Shown here: positions 1 to 9,643 of the stretch, in pieces
How positions within the stretch are numbered: the stretch's first letter is position 1
Layout of the letters: every line of letters begins with the position of its first letter
Assembly (NCBI GenBank): GCA_965208125.1
Contig: OZ242320.1
Location: 1,280,001 to 1,344,000 of the forward strand
Source: Candidatus Latescibacterota bacterium
GTDB lineage: Bacteria > Latescibacterota > UBA2968
Direction of reading: 5' to 3'
DNA: 64,000 nt
Notes under the pieces: model-generated
Database searches by the model: none
Seen by the model: the letters and a program-made list of their open reading frames with translations, nothing else
What the model was told of the DNA's origin: nothing
Position numbers and translations under genes: made by a program

Positions 1-460
1 AGTAATCGGCGAAGTCCCACCCGAACCGCGAGGCCATCTCGACGGCATGGGCACCGGCACAAATGGCATGCCAAAAGGCGTGTACCGCCGCGGATTCACG
101 GCCTTCGCCGTCATCTATCTCGCCGACGTACCCGAACCCTACAGCGGCAACTTCACCGTCTGGCCCCAATCCCATCGCTTCTTTGAAAACTACCTCAAAC
201 GCGAGGGCCTCGAAACACTCTCCAACGGCACCCCCCGCGTTGACCTGCCCGAAGGACCGGACATGGTCACCGGAAACGCTGGCGACCTCATCATCGCACA
301 CCATCAGATGATCCACACCGGTGGCCCCAACGCCTCGCCCAACATACGCTACGCCGCCATCGCGCGCCTCCGCCACATCGACTGCGACAAAAATGGCAAC
401 GACGGCTTCCAGGACATCTGGCGCGAATTTCCCTGCGTACGCGAAGCAGTAGCGGCGTAA
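1..460 (+). CDS. Phytanoyl-CoA dioxygenase (PhyH) family Fe(II)/2OG enzyme, 5' end outside the window
   Basis: The frame is open from base 2 (VIGEVPPEPRGHLDGMGTG...). HxD motif (HLD), GNFTVWPQSH, GDLIIAH..MIH..GPN..PNIR. Clear paralog of 487..1248. Confidence 0.85.
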   Translation, partial: VIGEVPPEPRGHLDGMGTGTNGMPKGVYRRGFTAFAVIYLADVPEPYSGNFTVWPQSHRFFENYLKREGLETLSNGTPRVDLPEGPDMVTGNAGDLIIAHHQMIHTGGPNASPNIRYAAIARLRHIDCDKNGNDGFQDIWREFPCVREAVAA

Positions 461-486
461 ACCATCTCACTGGGGGAAATAACACC

Positions 487-1248
487 ATGTTAAACCAGGC
501 ACAAAAACGCCAATTCGCAGAAGAAGGCTACCTCAAAATCCCAGGAGCTGTCCCCAAAAGCATGATCGAAACATCTCTCCGCGCCGTCAACCATTCCATC
601 GGCAACGTCGGCATTGGCGGTGAAGACCTCTCCAGGCATCGCTCCGGCTTCTTTTGCGCCGAACTTCTGGATGCGCCCTTCATACTCGACATGTACAACA
701 AAACTCCGGTCATGCAAATCGCCGAATCGCTCATGGGCAAAGGCAATGTCCTCCCCGTTGAACGCGCCAAAACCTATCCGCGCTTTCCCCTCCCTCTCGG
801 ACAAGAACCATCGCCACCGCGCGGACACATCGACGGCATTGGCAGCGGCACCAACGGCACGGCCAAAGGCGATTACAAACGCTCATTCGCCGCCTTCGCC
901 GTCGTCTATCTCGTCGATGTACCCGAACCCTACAGCGGCAACTTCACCGTCTGGCCCCAATCCCATCGCTTCTTTGCCTCCTACTTCACAGAACACGGCC
1001 ACGAAGTACTCGCCAACGGCATGCCCAGGCCCGACCTGCCCAAAGACCCCATAATGATCACCGGCAACGCGGGCGACCTCATCATCGCGCATCATCAAGT
1101 CGTTCACGGAGCCTGTCTCAACGCATCGCCCAACGTGCGCCTGGCAACCATCACCCGCCTCAAGCACAAAGACACCGACGAAATCGGCAAAGACGCGTAC
1201 ACAGACATCTGGCGCGAGTGGCCTGGCGTCCGCGACATCCTATCATAA
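487..1248 (+). CDS. PhyH family dioxygenase
   Basis: N-terminal F.EEGYL, HID (HxD), GNFTVWPQSH, distal H (VVHG..N....R). RBS GGGGGA upstream. Confidence 0.85.
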   Translation: MLNQAQKRQFAEEGYLKIPGAVPKSMIETSLRAVNHSIGNVGIGGEDLSRHRSGFFCAELLDAPFILDMYNKTPVMQIAESLMGKGNVLPVERAKTYPRFPLPLGQEPSPPRGHIDGIGSGTNGTAKGDYKRSFAAFAVVYLVDVPEPYSGNFTVWPQSHRFFASYFTEHGHEVLANGMPRPDLPKDPIMITGNAGDLIIAHHQVVHGACLNASPNVRLATITRLKHKDTDEIGKDAYTDIWREWPGVRDILS

Positions 1249-1256
1249 GATCCACC

Positions 1257-2039
1257 ATGTCCATCACCATCACCGAAGCGCAAAAACAACAATACAAAGA
1301 CGAAGGCTATTTCATCCTCGAAGCCGTCATACCCGAGCACCACCTCGAACTCCTGCGCGACGAATGCCAGACCTTCATCGACACCATGCACGCGCGCATG
1401 GACGAGCAGGGCACGGACACCATCGGCATCAACCACCGCAACAAACGCTACTTCGTCTCCAACTGCTTTCGCCAGCAACCCAAACTCCGCGCCTTCCTCT
1501 TCAGCGACCTCATGGCCGAAATATGCCGTGCCACCCTCGGCGAAAACGCGTACCTCTTCTGGGAACAATACGTCGTCAAAGGCGCGGAAACCGGCATGAA
1601 ATTCTCCTGGCATCAGGACTCGGGCTATGTCGGTTATCCCGACCACAAACCGTATCTCACCTGCTGGTGCGCGCTCGACGACATGAGCGAAGAAAACGGC
1701 ACCGTCCATCTCCTGCCCTATTCGCGCAGCGGCATTCGCTCGTGGGTACACCACATCGTCGAAGAAGGCAGCAATGACAAAGTCGGCTACTTTGGCAGCG
1801 ACCCCGGCCTCATTGCAGAAGTCCCCGCAGGCAGCATTGTTGCCTTCTCCAGCATCGTCTTCCACAGCAGCAGCACCAACACCACCTCAAAACTGCGCCG
1901 CGCGTACCTGGGCCAATACTCCTGCGAACCCATCCTATCCTCCGACGGCAACAAACTCTGGGGCAACGCCGAACCCTTCCTCCGCAATGGCAAATCCACA
2001 GTCGGCGAATCCCCACCCGACCTGCCATCGAGATTGTAA
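1257..2039 (+). CDS. PhyH family dioxygenase
   Basis: YKDEGYFILE, WHQD, WCALDD...ENG.V..LP.S, FHSS..N....R. Start moved to ATG 1257, just after the upstream stop. Confidence 0.9.
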   Translation: MSITITEAQKQQYKDEGYFILEAVIPEHHLELLRDECQTFIDTMHARMDEQGTDTIGINHRNKRYFVSNCFRQQPKLRAFLFSDLMAEICRATLGENAYLFWEQYVVKGAETGMKFSWHQDSGYVGYPDHKPYLTCWCALDDMSEENGTVHLLPYSRSGIRSWVHHIVEEGSNDKVGYFGSDPGLIAEVPAGSIVAFSSIVFHSSSTNTTSKLRRAYLGQYSCEPILSSDGNKLWGNAEPFLRNGKSTVGESPPDLPSRL

Positions 2040-2040
2040 A

Positions 2041-3366
2041 CTAAAACTCCCGCCACCAGTACGGATTGGACAACTCCCCCGGATAATTGGAATGCACCAA
2101 TTCGTAAACCCCCGTACCCCGCCGATCTCTAAACACAAATTCGTAGCGCCGCGCGATCTCGTAAAACCACACCTCCGACGGTTTCTGACCCGCTGCAGAA
2201 GTCCGGTAATCAATATCATCGGGCGGCCCATACTGTATATAAACCCGTCCACGGTCCGTATCCGATCCCCTTACACCAGCCCCAAAATGCGTCTCCACAT
2301 AATGCATACGCATCAAATGCTGTAACAGACGCTCATTAGTCGGCGTATCGGGCGCGTCGTCCAACTGCTTCCAAAATACCTTCAAAAATGCCAGCCTGGC
2401 AGGCCAGGTCTCCAGCGCGTCATAAGTCCTCCGCGTCTTCTCATCGGTGATATACCGGATATCTGCATAATACCCGATCAAATCCCTCTGCACCTGAGTA
2501 AGCCCCTCGGGCAAATCTTTTGACACCAGAAAAATGGGACGTCTCGTCTGAAAATACTGCCGACTGCTCCCATCAAACGCCTCCACCTGAAGATCATAAG
2601 TCCCCTTCCGCAAACCCTCTGTATCCAGAACCTCCGCCCTCACACAACTCTCCCCCGGCTTTAAAAACCGCTTGGCCGGATAAGTACGCACAACCATCCC
2701 CTCCGCATCGATCAGACGGTACCCCATAATAAAACTCTCGCCCGACGACGACAGATTATACACCTCAAAATAAATCTGCAGCGGCTCTCCGATAACATAA
2801 TTTCGGGTAATATTCGGCACGACCTTCCAGCCCTGCTTGACAAACCGATGCACTTCCCCGCTTCGCGCCACGCTAAAAGCCAGTTGCAGATCGCTAAACA
2901 CCAGCCCCACGCGACGCTCGTAATCCGGTATCTGAAGCGGCACAGTACAACGCCCACTCTCCTCCGCGTGGATATCCTTAATCTGCACAATCAGCCGATA
3001 AGCACCCGGCGTCAAATCAAAGAAAACAGCATCCTTAAACGGTGCCCCAATCCCCACATCCAATTCCGGAACAGCAACCTGCTGAACCCATGTCCGGTGA
3101 ACCACCCGATTATCCAGCGTATCCAGCACCACAGCGACCAGAGAAATCTTTCCAACAGACTCACCCGCCTGTTCCCGCAGCTCAAGCTGACTCGCATCCA
3201 GCAACAGTGCCACCTCCTGACGGGTATATCCCTCAGGACCCCGAAAAGCCGACAAATCGACAAAAAAACGCAGGTTGCCCACACTCTTCAAAGGCAAATC
3301 CTGCGCTCCTATGCCATCTGCATGCAACCAGATGAGCAGCACCGCGACACAACGTATCCATCTCAT
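2041..3366 (-). CDS. Secreted GWxTD-domain protein
   Basis: Signal peptide. C-terminal FW...D..P.T..NE...H..R..Y....F...GSDTDRGRVYIQYGPPD...EVWFY matches the GWxTD domain signature (W replaced by S). Confidence 0.8.
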   Translation of the reverse strand: MRWIRCVAVLLIWLHADGIGAQDLPLKSVGNLRFFVDLSAFRGPEGYTRQEVALLLDASQLELREQAGESVGKISLVAVVLDTLDNRVVHRTWVQQVAVPELDVGIGAPFKDAVFFDLTPGAYRLIVQIKDIHAEESGRCTVPLQIPDYERRVGLVFSDLQLAFSVARSGEVHRFVKQGWKVVPNITRNYVIGEPLQIYFEVYNLSSSGESFIMGYRLIDAEGMVVRTYPAKRFLKPGESCVRAEVLDTEGLRKGTYDLQVEAFDGSSRQYFQTRRPIFLVSKDLPEGLTQVQRDLIGYYADIRYITDEKTRRTYDALETWPARLAFLKVFWKQLDDAPDTPTNERLLQHLMRMHYVETHFGAGVRGSDTDRGRVYIQYGPPDDIDYRTSAAGQKPSEVWFYEIARRYEFVFRDRRGTGVYELVHSNYPGELSNPYWWREF

Positions 3367-3378
3367 GTCGTATCTTTC

Positions 3379-4230
3379 TCAATTAGAAATTAAATGACCA
3401 GCCTCCTCCATCAATCGCAGCCAATCCTCATGACCGCTTGCCACCCGACCCGGGTCTATCTCACTTCTCGCAACAAAGCCCGGCACCTCCTCGCGCCCGG
3501 TTGGCAACCTGTAATCGCTATATCGAATATCCAGACTCCAGCGAATATGATCGGACGCATTCGGGAATGAGCGATGTATTGTCTTATGCTGAATCAGCGC
3601 GGCACCCCCGGCTGGCAGCACGGACAAAACGCGATCGCCCGGCGGCAGCCTATCCTCGGGAATCTCCTTCTCTGAATCCGCCGGATCGTGCGGAATAATA
3701 CCGTGCTTGTGACTCCCCGCCAAAATCTCCAGACAGCCATTCTCCACATCCGTATCCACCAGCGGCACCCAGAAATTGATCATAAACGTCTTCTCCACCT
3801 CCGGATCCAGAAACGCGATATCCTGATGCCACAACACCTCTGCTTCGCCGGGCATCTTTGCGCGGATATTAAACTGCGGATGCACCAGAATTTCCGGCCC
3901 AATAATCAACTCTACCACATCCAGAATAGCCGGATGCGTCAGCAAAAAAAACAAACCCGCAGTCTTGTGAGCCTTACCCAAAATCTCACCTGCAAAACGC
4001 TTATCCGTCCCCAGAGCCTCGCACAAATAAGCCAATCGACACTCAAAAGGCGCGTCCTCAAAAAGACTCTCCAATTGACCCAGAGCATAAGCCTCTCTCG
4101 CCTTTTGTCCAATCACCGCATCAAACTCATCCACAAGCGGCTGATACGCCTCCGAGGGCAAACATTCGTCCAGCAACAAATACCCTTCATCCTTGTAAAA
4201 AGCAATCTGCTCACCAGTCAAACCGCCCAT
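3379..4230 (-). CDS. PhyH family dioxygenase
   Basis: LTGEQIAFYKDEGYL, WHQD, WVPLVD...ENGCL....GSH, IHRS.PN.SD..RWSLDIRY. Confidence 0.9.
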   Translation of the reverse strand: MGGLTGEQIAFYKDEGYLLLDECLPSEAYQPLVDEFDAVIGQKAREAYALGQLESLFEDAPFECRLAYLCEALGTDKRFAGEILGKAHKTAGLFFLLTHPAILDVVELIIGPEILVHPQFNIRAKMPGEAEVLWHQDIAFLDPEVEKTFMINFWVPLVDTDVENGCLEILAGSHKHGIIPHDPADSEKEIPEDRLPPGDRVLSVLPAGGAALIQHKTIHRSFPNASDHIRWSLDIRYSDYRLPTGREEVPGFVARSEIDPGRVASGHEDWLRLMEEAGHLISN

Positions 4231-4240
4231 GATTTATCTC

Positions 4241-5020
4241 CTATTGATTCCACACCTCGCAGCCACCAAACGCCATAGTCTCACCCGGAACATATCGCGG
4301 ACGCGCCGCATACACATTTGCAACATCCGGAGAGGCTTTGCCCCGCACGAGAATATTCTCGTGATCTTCTCTATTCACCCATGTCGTCGTCGGAATATAC
4401 CGCAACGTGAGACCAACGCGCCACTGATCCGAAGTATTGGCATTGGAACCGTGGATAATATTCGGATTGTGGATCGAAACATCGCCCGCATTGAGCTCCA
4501 GATCAACCGCATCGGAATCGTCGATCTGATCCGGATGAATACCCACACCCAGCACGTACTTTTCCTGATCCAGATCAATGAGATCGCGGCGCTTGAGCAA
4601 ATGCTTGTTATGCGTCCCCGGCAACACTCGCATACAGCCATTCTCAACCTTCGAAGGCGTCCCCGCAACCCACAAAGTCGTCACTTCCATCGGCTCGAGG
4701 GGCCAATAAGATCCATCTTGATGCCACTGTACCGCCTGACCATCGCCCGGAGGTTTGGCGATATAATGTGCGGCAAACATCGCGACATTCGGCCCGAGAA
4801 ATTGCTCGGCAATATCTACAAGGCGTTCATCGCCCACGAGCCGGTGCATAAATGGATCGCGGGCGAGCAAATGGTGATGCAAACGCTCTGGACGCACGCC
4901 GGGATTCCTCTCAATAAGCCAATGGACGTGTTGCACCGTCTCCTCTGCGAGCGCCGCATCAATAGCCTTACGCGCGATAGCATAGCCATTTTGATCGTAT
5001 TCATTACGCAAATTATTCAT
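4241..5020 (-). CDS. PhyH family dioxygenase
   Basis: Y..NGY, WHQDGSYW, ENGCMRVLPGTH, AGDVSIH...IHGS.AN.S..WR. Confidence 0.9.
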   Translation of the reverse strand: MNNLRNEYDQNGYAIARKAIDAALAEETVQHVHWLIERNPGVRPERLHHHLLARDPFMHRLVGDERLVDIAEQFLGPNVAMFAAHYIAKPPGDGQAVQWHQDGSYWPLEPMEVTTLWVAGTPSKVENGCMRVLPGTHNKHLLKRRDLIDLDQEKYVLGVGIHPDQIDDSDAVDLELNAGDVSIHNPNIIHGSNANTSDQWRVGLTLRYIPTTTWVNREDHENILVRGKASPDVANVYAARPRYVPGETMAFGGCEVWNQ

Positions 5021-5046
5021 AGTACGCTTTCAAACGACAGTTGATA

Positions 5047-5072
5047 GGTCGGGAAAAGGATTTCCCTCCTAC
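5047..5072 (-). repeat. GTAG-type REP-like hairpin (third class)
   Basis: Minus strand reads GTAG-GA-GGGAAA-TCCT-TTTCCC-GAC, intergenic. Single copy in the window. Confidence 0.45.
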
Positions 5073-5139
5073 AAGGTGGCTCAACATCATCCCTCCAGCC
5101 TTTAATCACTGGATAGAGGCGTTCCAGTGCAGGCTCTGA

Positions 5140-6597
5140 TCATCCTGATCGAATTTGTCGCAACCTGTTCGCCATCCGCTCGGCAACATCGGGATGGATC
5201 GACGCCATATTCTCAATCTGCCCGATATCATCCGCAAGATAGTAAAGTTGAGGAACTGGAGAATTGCCAGTCTCAATATTCACATTCGTATTCACAGGCG
5301 GACCCTGATGGGGCGGAATAAACACCCAATCCCCCTGCCTCAAAACGGTCTTTGCCTGAATACCCTCCAGAACAATCTCCGCGCGACCCTCATCGCTTTG
5401 CCCCAGCAGAGCATCGAGCACATCCACACTATCGGGACCCGCATTCGCATCCAGCGACACGCCTGCAAGAGCAGCAAAAGACGCGAAAAAATCGACCTGA
5501 CTGACCAGCGCATCAGATTCGCCTATCTCCACAGCACCGGGCCAGGAAACAATAAAAGGCACGCGAGTACCCCCATCGTACATACTGTATTTTCCCCCGC
5601 GCAACGGACCTGCCGGCCGGTGATCGCCGCACAGCTCAACCGCCTCGTCGTAATAACCATCATTCAACACCGGACCGTTATCACTGGAAAAAACCACAAC
5701 AGTATCTTCTTTCAAACCACACCGATCAAGCGCATCGAGCATCTCGCCCACACACCAATCCATCTCGGCAATCGCATCGCCGCGCGAGCCCAATCCAGTG
5801 CTACCCACAAATCGGGGATGGGGCAACCGCGGAACATGGGGCTGGTGAAAAGCGTAATACAAGAAAAAAGGACCATCCTTGTTCTTCTCGACAAATGAAA
5901 CGGCCTTTTCCAAAAACACATCGGCCATATCTTCATCCACCCAAAGAGCTGCCTCGCCCCCCCTCATATACCCGATCCGACTCACGCCATTGACAATACT
6001 CATATCGTGCCCGTGGTGGAACTTCATCTTCAGCAACTCGGGATTGTCTTTCCCGGTCGGCAAACCGGGAAACGGCTTATTCTTATCGTACTCCACCTCA
6101 ATCGGATCGGACGGATCGAGACCCACAACATCTCTGCCATCCAGATACACACAGGGCACGCGATCATTGGTCGCGGCCATGATATAAGAATAGTCAAACC
6201 CAATATCCAGAGGCGTTAGCGGAAGCGGCTCATTCCAATTCTGATTCCCCTCTCCAATACCCAGATGCCACTTACCAACAACACCCGTTGTATAACCAGC
6301 CTCCTTGAGAACAGAAGGCAACGTAGCAGTACCCGGATCTATAATAAGCGGAGCATCGCCGGGCAAAATATGCGCGCGTTCATTGCGCCAGGAATAAGAC
6401 CCTGTAAGCAGGCTATAGCGCGAAGGAGTACACGTCGCCGCCGTAGCATACCCGTGGTAAAACACCAACCCCTCGGAAGCCAACCGATCAATATTGGGCG
6501 TATCGAGCGCCGTAGCACCATAACAACTCACATCTCCAAAACCGAGATCATCCGCGTACATAACAACAATATTGGGACGCTTTGCCGAATCCGTCAT
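5140..6597 (-). CDS. Arylsulfatase (formylglycine-dependent, S1 family)
   Basis: RPNIV..ADDLG, CTPSRYSLLTG (CxPxR), GKWHLG, PHVP, SDNG. RBS GAAAGGA before ATG 6597. Confidence 0.93.
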   Translation of the reverse strand: MTDSAKRPNIVVMYADDLGFGDVSCYGATALDTPNIDRLASEGLVFYHGYATAATCTPSRYSLLTGSYSWRNERAHILPGDAPLIIDPGTATLPSVLKEAGYTTGVVGKWHLGIGEGNQNWNEPLPLTPLDIGFDYSYIMAATNDRVPCVYLDGRDVVGLDPSDPIEVEYDKNKPFPGLPTGKDNPELLKMKFHHGHDMSIVNGVSRIGYMRGGEAALWVDEDMADVFLEKAVSFVEKNKDGPFFLYYAFHQPHVPRLPHPRFVGSTGLGSRGDAIAEMDWCVGEMLDALDRCGLKEDTVVVFSSDNGPVLNDGYYDEAVELCGDHRPAGPLRGGKYSMYDGGTRVPFIVSWPGAVEIGESDALVSQVDFFASFAALAGVSLDANAGPDSVDVLDALLGQSDEGRAEIVLEGIQAKTVLRQGDWVFIPPHQGPPVNTNVNIETGNSPVPQLYYLADDIGQIENMASIHPDVAERMANRLRQIRSG

Positions 6598-6743
6598 ATT
6601 TGTTCTATCCTTTCTCATGCATGGTAATGAACTACTGGCGCAATTGTACCTCGTTGCGTACATTACGGGTTCGCAATATAGGGCGTTATCCAAACCACAA
6701 GCAAGCGGAAACGATTACCACACCCATTTACAAAGGAGAATAT

Positions 6744-7532
6744 ATGATTACTCGATTAACAATTCTCGCATTATTGTTGACCCTGACCGCCCAAAATGCC
6801 ATGGCGGAAACCAATCCCCCAGCCGAAGGATTCAACCAATCAGAATCCGACGCAAAGGCAATAGAAATTGCCGATGCAGTCATGGCAAAAATGGGTGGAT
6901 GGGAAAATTGGAATCAGACCCGATACCTTACATGGCGTTTCTTTGGACGGCGCCTGCACGTATGGGATAAATGGACGGGCAACCTGCGGCATGAAGACGG
7001 GGACATGCTCATCTTGACGAACATAAACACCAAAAAAGGCCGCGTCTGGTTCGGAGGAACAGAGCAAACAAACCCCGACTCAGTAAAAAAATATATGAAC
7101 CAGGGTTACAGGCGGTGGATCAACGACTCTTACTGGCTCGTCATGCCCTATAAATTGAAAGACACGGGCGTCACCTTAAAATACAGCGGCGAAGACAAAA
7201 CCTTGAATGACCGCCCCGCGCACAAATTGACCCTCACCTTTCAAAACACCGGCGTCACGCCGCGAAACAAATACGATGTATGGGTAGATCAGGAGCAGAA
7301 CCTGGTCACAGAATGGGCTTTTTATCCCAAAGCATCGGACGCAGAACCGCGATTCCGCAGCCCGTGGACAAACTGGACAAAACACGGCAACATCCTGCTC
7401 TCCGACGGACGCGGATCAACGCGCAGAGGCGAACGCAAACATACGGATATAGCCGTCTTTGATACATTACCCGCCTCGGTATTTGAAAGCCCCGACCCCG
7501 TAGATCTGATGGCCCTAAAAGGATCGATGTGA
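6744..7532 (+). CDS. Secreted hypothetical protein (possibly DUF6503/LolA-like fold)
   Basis: RBS AAGGAG, signal peptide (..AMA|E), motifs MGGWENW, WINDSYWLVMPYKL.D.GV.L.Y, G.TP...Y. Family assignment is tentative. Confidence 0.7.
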   Translation: MITRLTILALLLTLTAQNAMAETNPPAEGFNQSESDAKAIEIADAVMAKMGGWENWNQTRYLTWRFFGRRLHVWDKWTGNLRHEDGDMLILTNINTKKGRVWFGGTEQTNPDSVKKYMNQGYRRWINDSYWLVMPYKLKDTGVTLKYSGEDKTLNDRPAHKLTLTFQNTGVTPRNKYDVWVDQEQNLVTEWAFYPKASDAEPRFRSPWTNWTKHGNILLSDGRGSTRRGERKHTDIAVFDTLPASVFESPDPVDLMALKGSM

Positions 7533-7534
7533 AT

Positions 7535-7978
7535 CTATCCCGCGAGAATATCCTTGAGCGAATCAAAACCACCTTGAAAAACCCCATTGCCCACAAAATC
7601 GACCAGTTCATCTTCTTCATCTGCTGGACAGCCAAATTCTGCAGTCCACTGAATATACGTCCGATTGCCATCCGTAATAGGCGTCAAACTCAAAGTCGCC
7701 ACATAGTCTTCAACCGGCATGGGCGACTCGAGAATAGAATACGTACACGTAAAAGTAACATCGCTCAACGTAAGCAATTGTTCGCGAATATTGCCGCCAT
7801 CATGCAAATTAAAATTGCGAATACAGCCCACACTATCGCTGGGTTCACCACCTTCAATATGGCTATCTGCAATCGCGGGATGCCATTTGGGCAGCGCATT
7901 AAAATCGCGAATCTTTTCCCACACAGCATCTACTGAAGCGTCGAGAACCGAACTGATAAATACATTGGCCTTGGCCAT
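7535..7978 (-). CDS. SRPBCC / polyketide cyclase (START-like, MxaD-like) protein
   Basis: AS.D.VW..IRDF..L..WHP.I..S......VG.IR....G..IRE.L. RBS GGAGG. Confidence 0.85.
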   Translation of the reverse strand: MAKANVFISSVLDASVDAVWEKIRDFNALPKWHPAIADSHIEGGEPSDSVGCIRNFNLHDGGNIREQLLTLSDVTFTCTYSILESPMPVEDYVATLSLTPITDGNRTYIQWTAEFGCPADEEDELVDFVGNGVFQGGFDSLKDILAG

Positions 7979-8090
7979 ATCATCTTCCTCCATGTGTTAT
8001 TGTTTGAATAGCGCAGCATGGTATAGTACAGTTTAAGATGCAACCTCTTTCCATTCCAGGCGGACTTTAAGTCCATTCAATTGCCCCCAA

Positions 8091-8339
8091 TTAAAGGCGA
8101 TAGGCGGCCTCAATGCCGAGCCATACGTTCGCGTCAACGCCCAGCACTCTTTCAAACTGTAATGCCGTCGCTGGCTCAAGGGAGGCTTTCCCAGAGATGA
8201 TCTCGCTGATCAGCTTCGGAGAACGCCCACACCGCCGCGCGAACTCGGCCTGGGATATACCTTGCGCTTCCAAACGCTCCTCCAAAACCCAGCCCGGCGG
8301 GACCGCATAGTCTGGAAGATACTCATGAACTGCTGCCAT
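8091..8339 (-). CDS. higA: HigA-type HTH antitoxin, probably C-terminally truncated
   Basis: PDYAVPPG..L.E.LE..GISQAEFARR.G.S.K.ISEIISGK...TA..FE.VLG..A..WL.IE..YRL. RBS AAGGAG. Confidence 0.75.
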   Translation of the reverse strand: MAAVHEYLPDYAVPPGWVLEERLEAQGISQAEFARRCGRSPKLISEIISGKASLEPATALQFERVLGVDANVWLGIEAAYRL

Positions 8340-8353
8340 TGCTCGCTCCTTGT

Positions 8354-8431
8354 TCAGTGGTAGTCGATCACTTCAATGATCGTGATTGCACTCACTTTCT
8401 TCGCATCTATTCCACCATCCTCCTTACTCAA
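8354..8431 (-). pseudogene. C-terminal remnant of a HigB/killer-type toxin
   Basis: Minus strand reads LSKEDGGIDAKKVSAITIIEVIDYH*, resembling the DGGID...V..I.I.EV.DYH end of HigB-like toxins. An in-frame TAA lies two codons upstream. It ends 14 bp before higA. Confidence 0.65.
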
Positions 8432-8587
8432 AAATTAGCCGATAGAAATAGAAAAATGCAAGAATAATCTGGTAGCAATAGTATCGCTGTCTGGCGAACA
8501 GTGTAAAAAGCTCCTTTGCCAGACCATATTAACCTGCTATATTCCTGATCCTACTATTCCTCGCCCAATCAATAACAGGAGATAAAC

Positions 8588-9637
8588 ATGGAACTATTAA
8601 AAGAATTGTGTGAATGTTCGGGAGTCCCCGGGCGCGAAGAGCGGTTGCGCGAAATCGTGCGGCGAGAGTTGGAACCCATCGCAGATGAACTTCGCGTAGA
8701 TGGAATGGGCAACTTGATAATCAAAAAGAACGCAAGCGCGGAAGAAAATCCAAAAAAACTGATGCTGGCCGCGCACATGGACGAAATAGGCTTTGTCGTA
8801 TCCCACATCGACAAACAGGGGCTCTTGCGCCTCGTACCCCTCGGCGGGCACGACCCCCGCAACATGGTAGCGCAACGAGTCACCGTCGCAGGCACCGAAA
8901 AAGACTACACCGGCCTGCTCTATCCCGGCGTAAAACCCCCGCATATCCAGACAGAAGCCGACCGCAACAAAAAATTAGACGTCAGCGACTTTGTCGTAGA
9001 TCTCTACATGTCAGCCGACGACGTCAAAGAAGAAATCGAAATCGGCGCAATGGTAACACTACAACGCGACTTTGTCGAAATTGGCAACGGCGTAAGTTGT
9101 AAAGCCATGGACAATCGGCTCGCCGTATATGTCATGATCGAAGCCGTAAAACGGGCCGACTCCTTCGCCTTTGAAACGTATCCCGTAGCCACAGTGCAGG
9201 AAGAAATTGGCCTGCGAGGGGCAACCGCGAGTGCCTTTGGCGTAAACCCAGACGTGGGCGTGGCACTGGACATCACACTGGCAGCCGACATACCGGGCAT
9301 CCCAGAGCACGAACAGGTCACGCGCCTGGGAGAAGGCGCTGCGATAAAAATTCAGGATTCCAGCTCAATTTCACACCCGGGATTAGTCGCACACATGAAA
9401 ACCCTCGCAAAAGAGCGCGACATCAAATACCAGATGGAAATACTGCCTCGGGGCGGCACAGACGCAGGTGGAATACAGCGGATTCGAGCCGGCGTACCCG
9501 TAATCACCCTCTCCATCCCCACGCGCTACGTACACACATCAATCGAATTGGCCGACAAAGACGACATCGAAGCCACCATTCAACTATTGGCAGCCTTTCT
9601 CGAAGAAGGCCACCGCACGAACTGGGACATGGTGTGA
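8588..9637 (+). CDS. M42 family (TET/FrvX) aminopeptidase
   Basis: GVPGRE, AAHMDEIG, KAMDNR, TVQEEIGLRGA, ALDIT, GGTDAG, PTRYVHT. Confidence 0.93.
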   Translation: MELLKELCECSGVPGREERLREIVRRELEPIADELRVDGMGNLIIKKNASAEENPKKLMLAAHMDEIGFVVSHIDKQGLLRLVPLGGHDPRNMVAQRVTVAGTEKDYTGLLYPGVKPPHIQTEADRNKKLDVSDFVVDLYMSADDVKEEIEIGAMVTLQRDFVEIGNGVSCKAMDNRLAVYVMIEAVKRADSFAFETYPVATVQEEIGLRGATASAFGVNPDVGVALDITLAADIPGIPEHEQVTRLGEGAAIKIQDSSSISHPGLVAHMKTLAKERDIKYQMEILPRGGTDAGGIQRIRAGVPVITLSIPTRYVHTSIELADKDDIEATIQLLAAFLEEGHRTNWDMV

Positions 9638-9643
9638 GTTTCG

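Noticed and set aside
1-5020. PhyH genes as possible halogenases (SyrB2-like) or a biosynthetic cluster
   Set aside because: All have HxD rather than HxA/G, and no NRPS, PKS or carrier protein is nearby.
4229-5044. Long antisense/shadow ORFs (also 5155..5898, 26744..27457, 49895..50683, 53510..54187, 62575..63234)
   Set aside because: They lie opposite well-supported genes, have no motifs or RBS, and are expected from codon bias.
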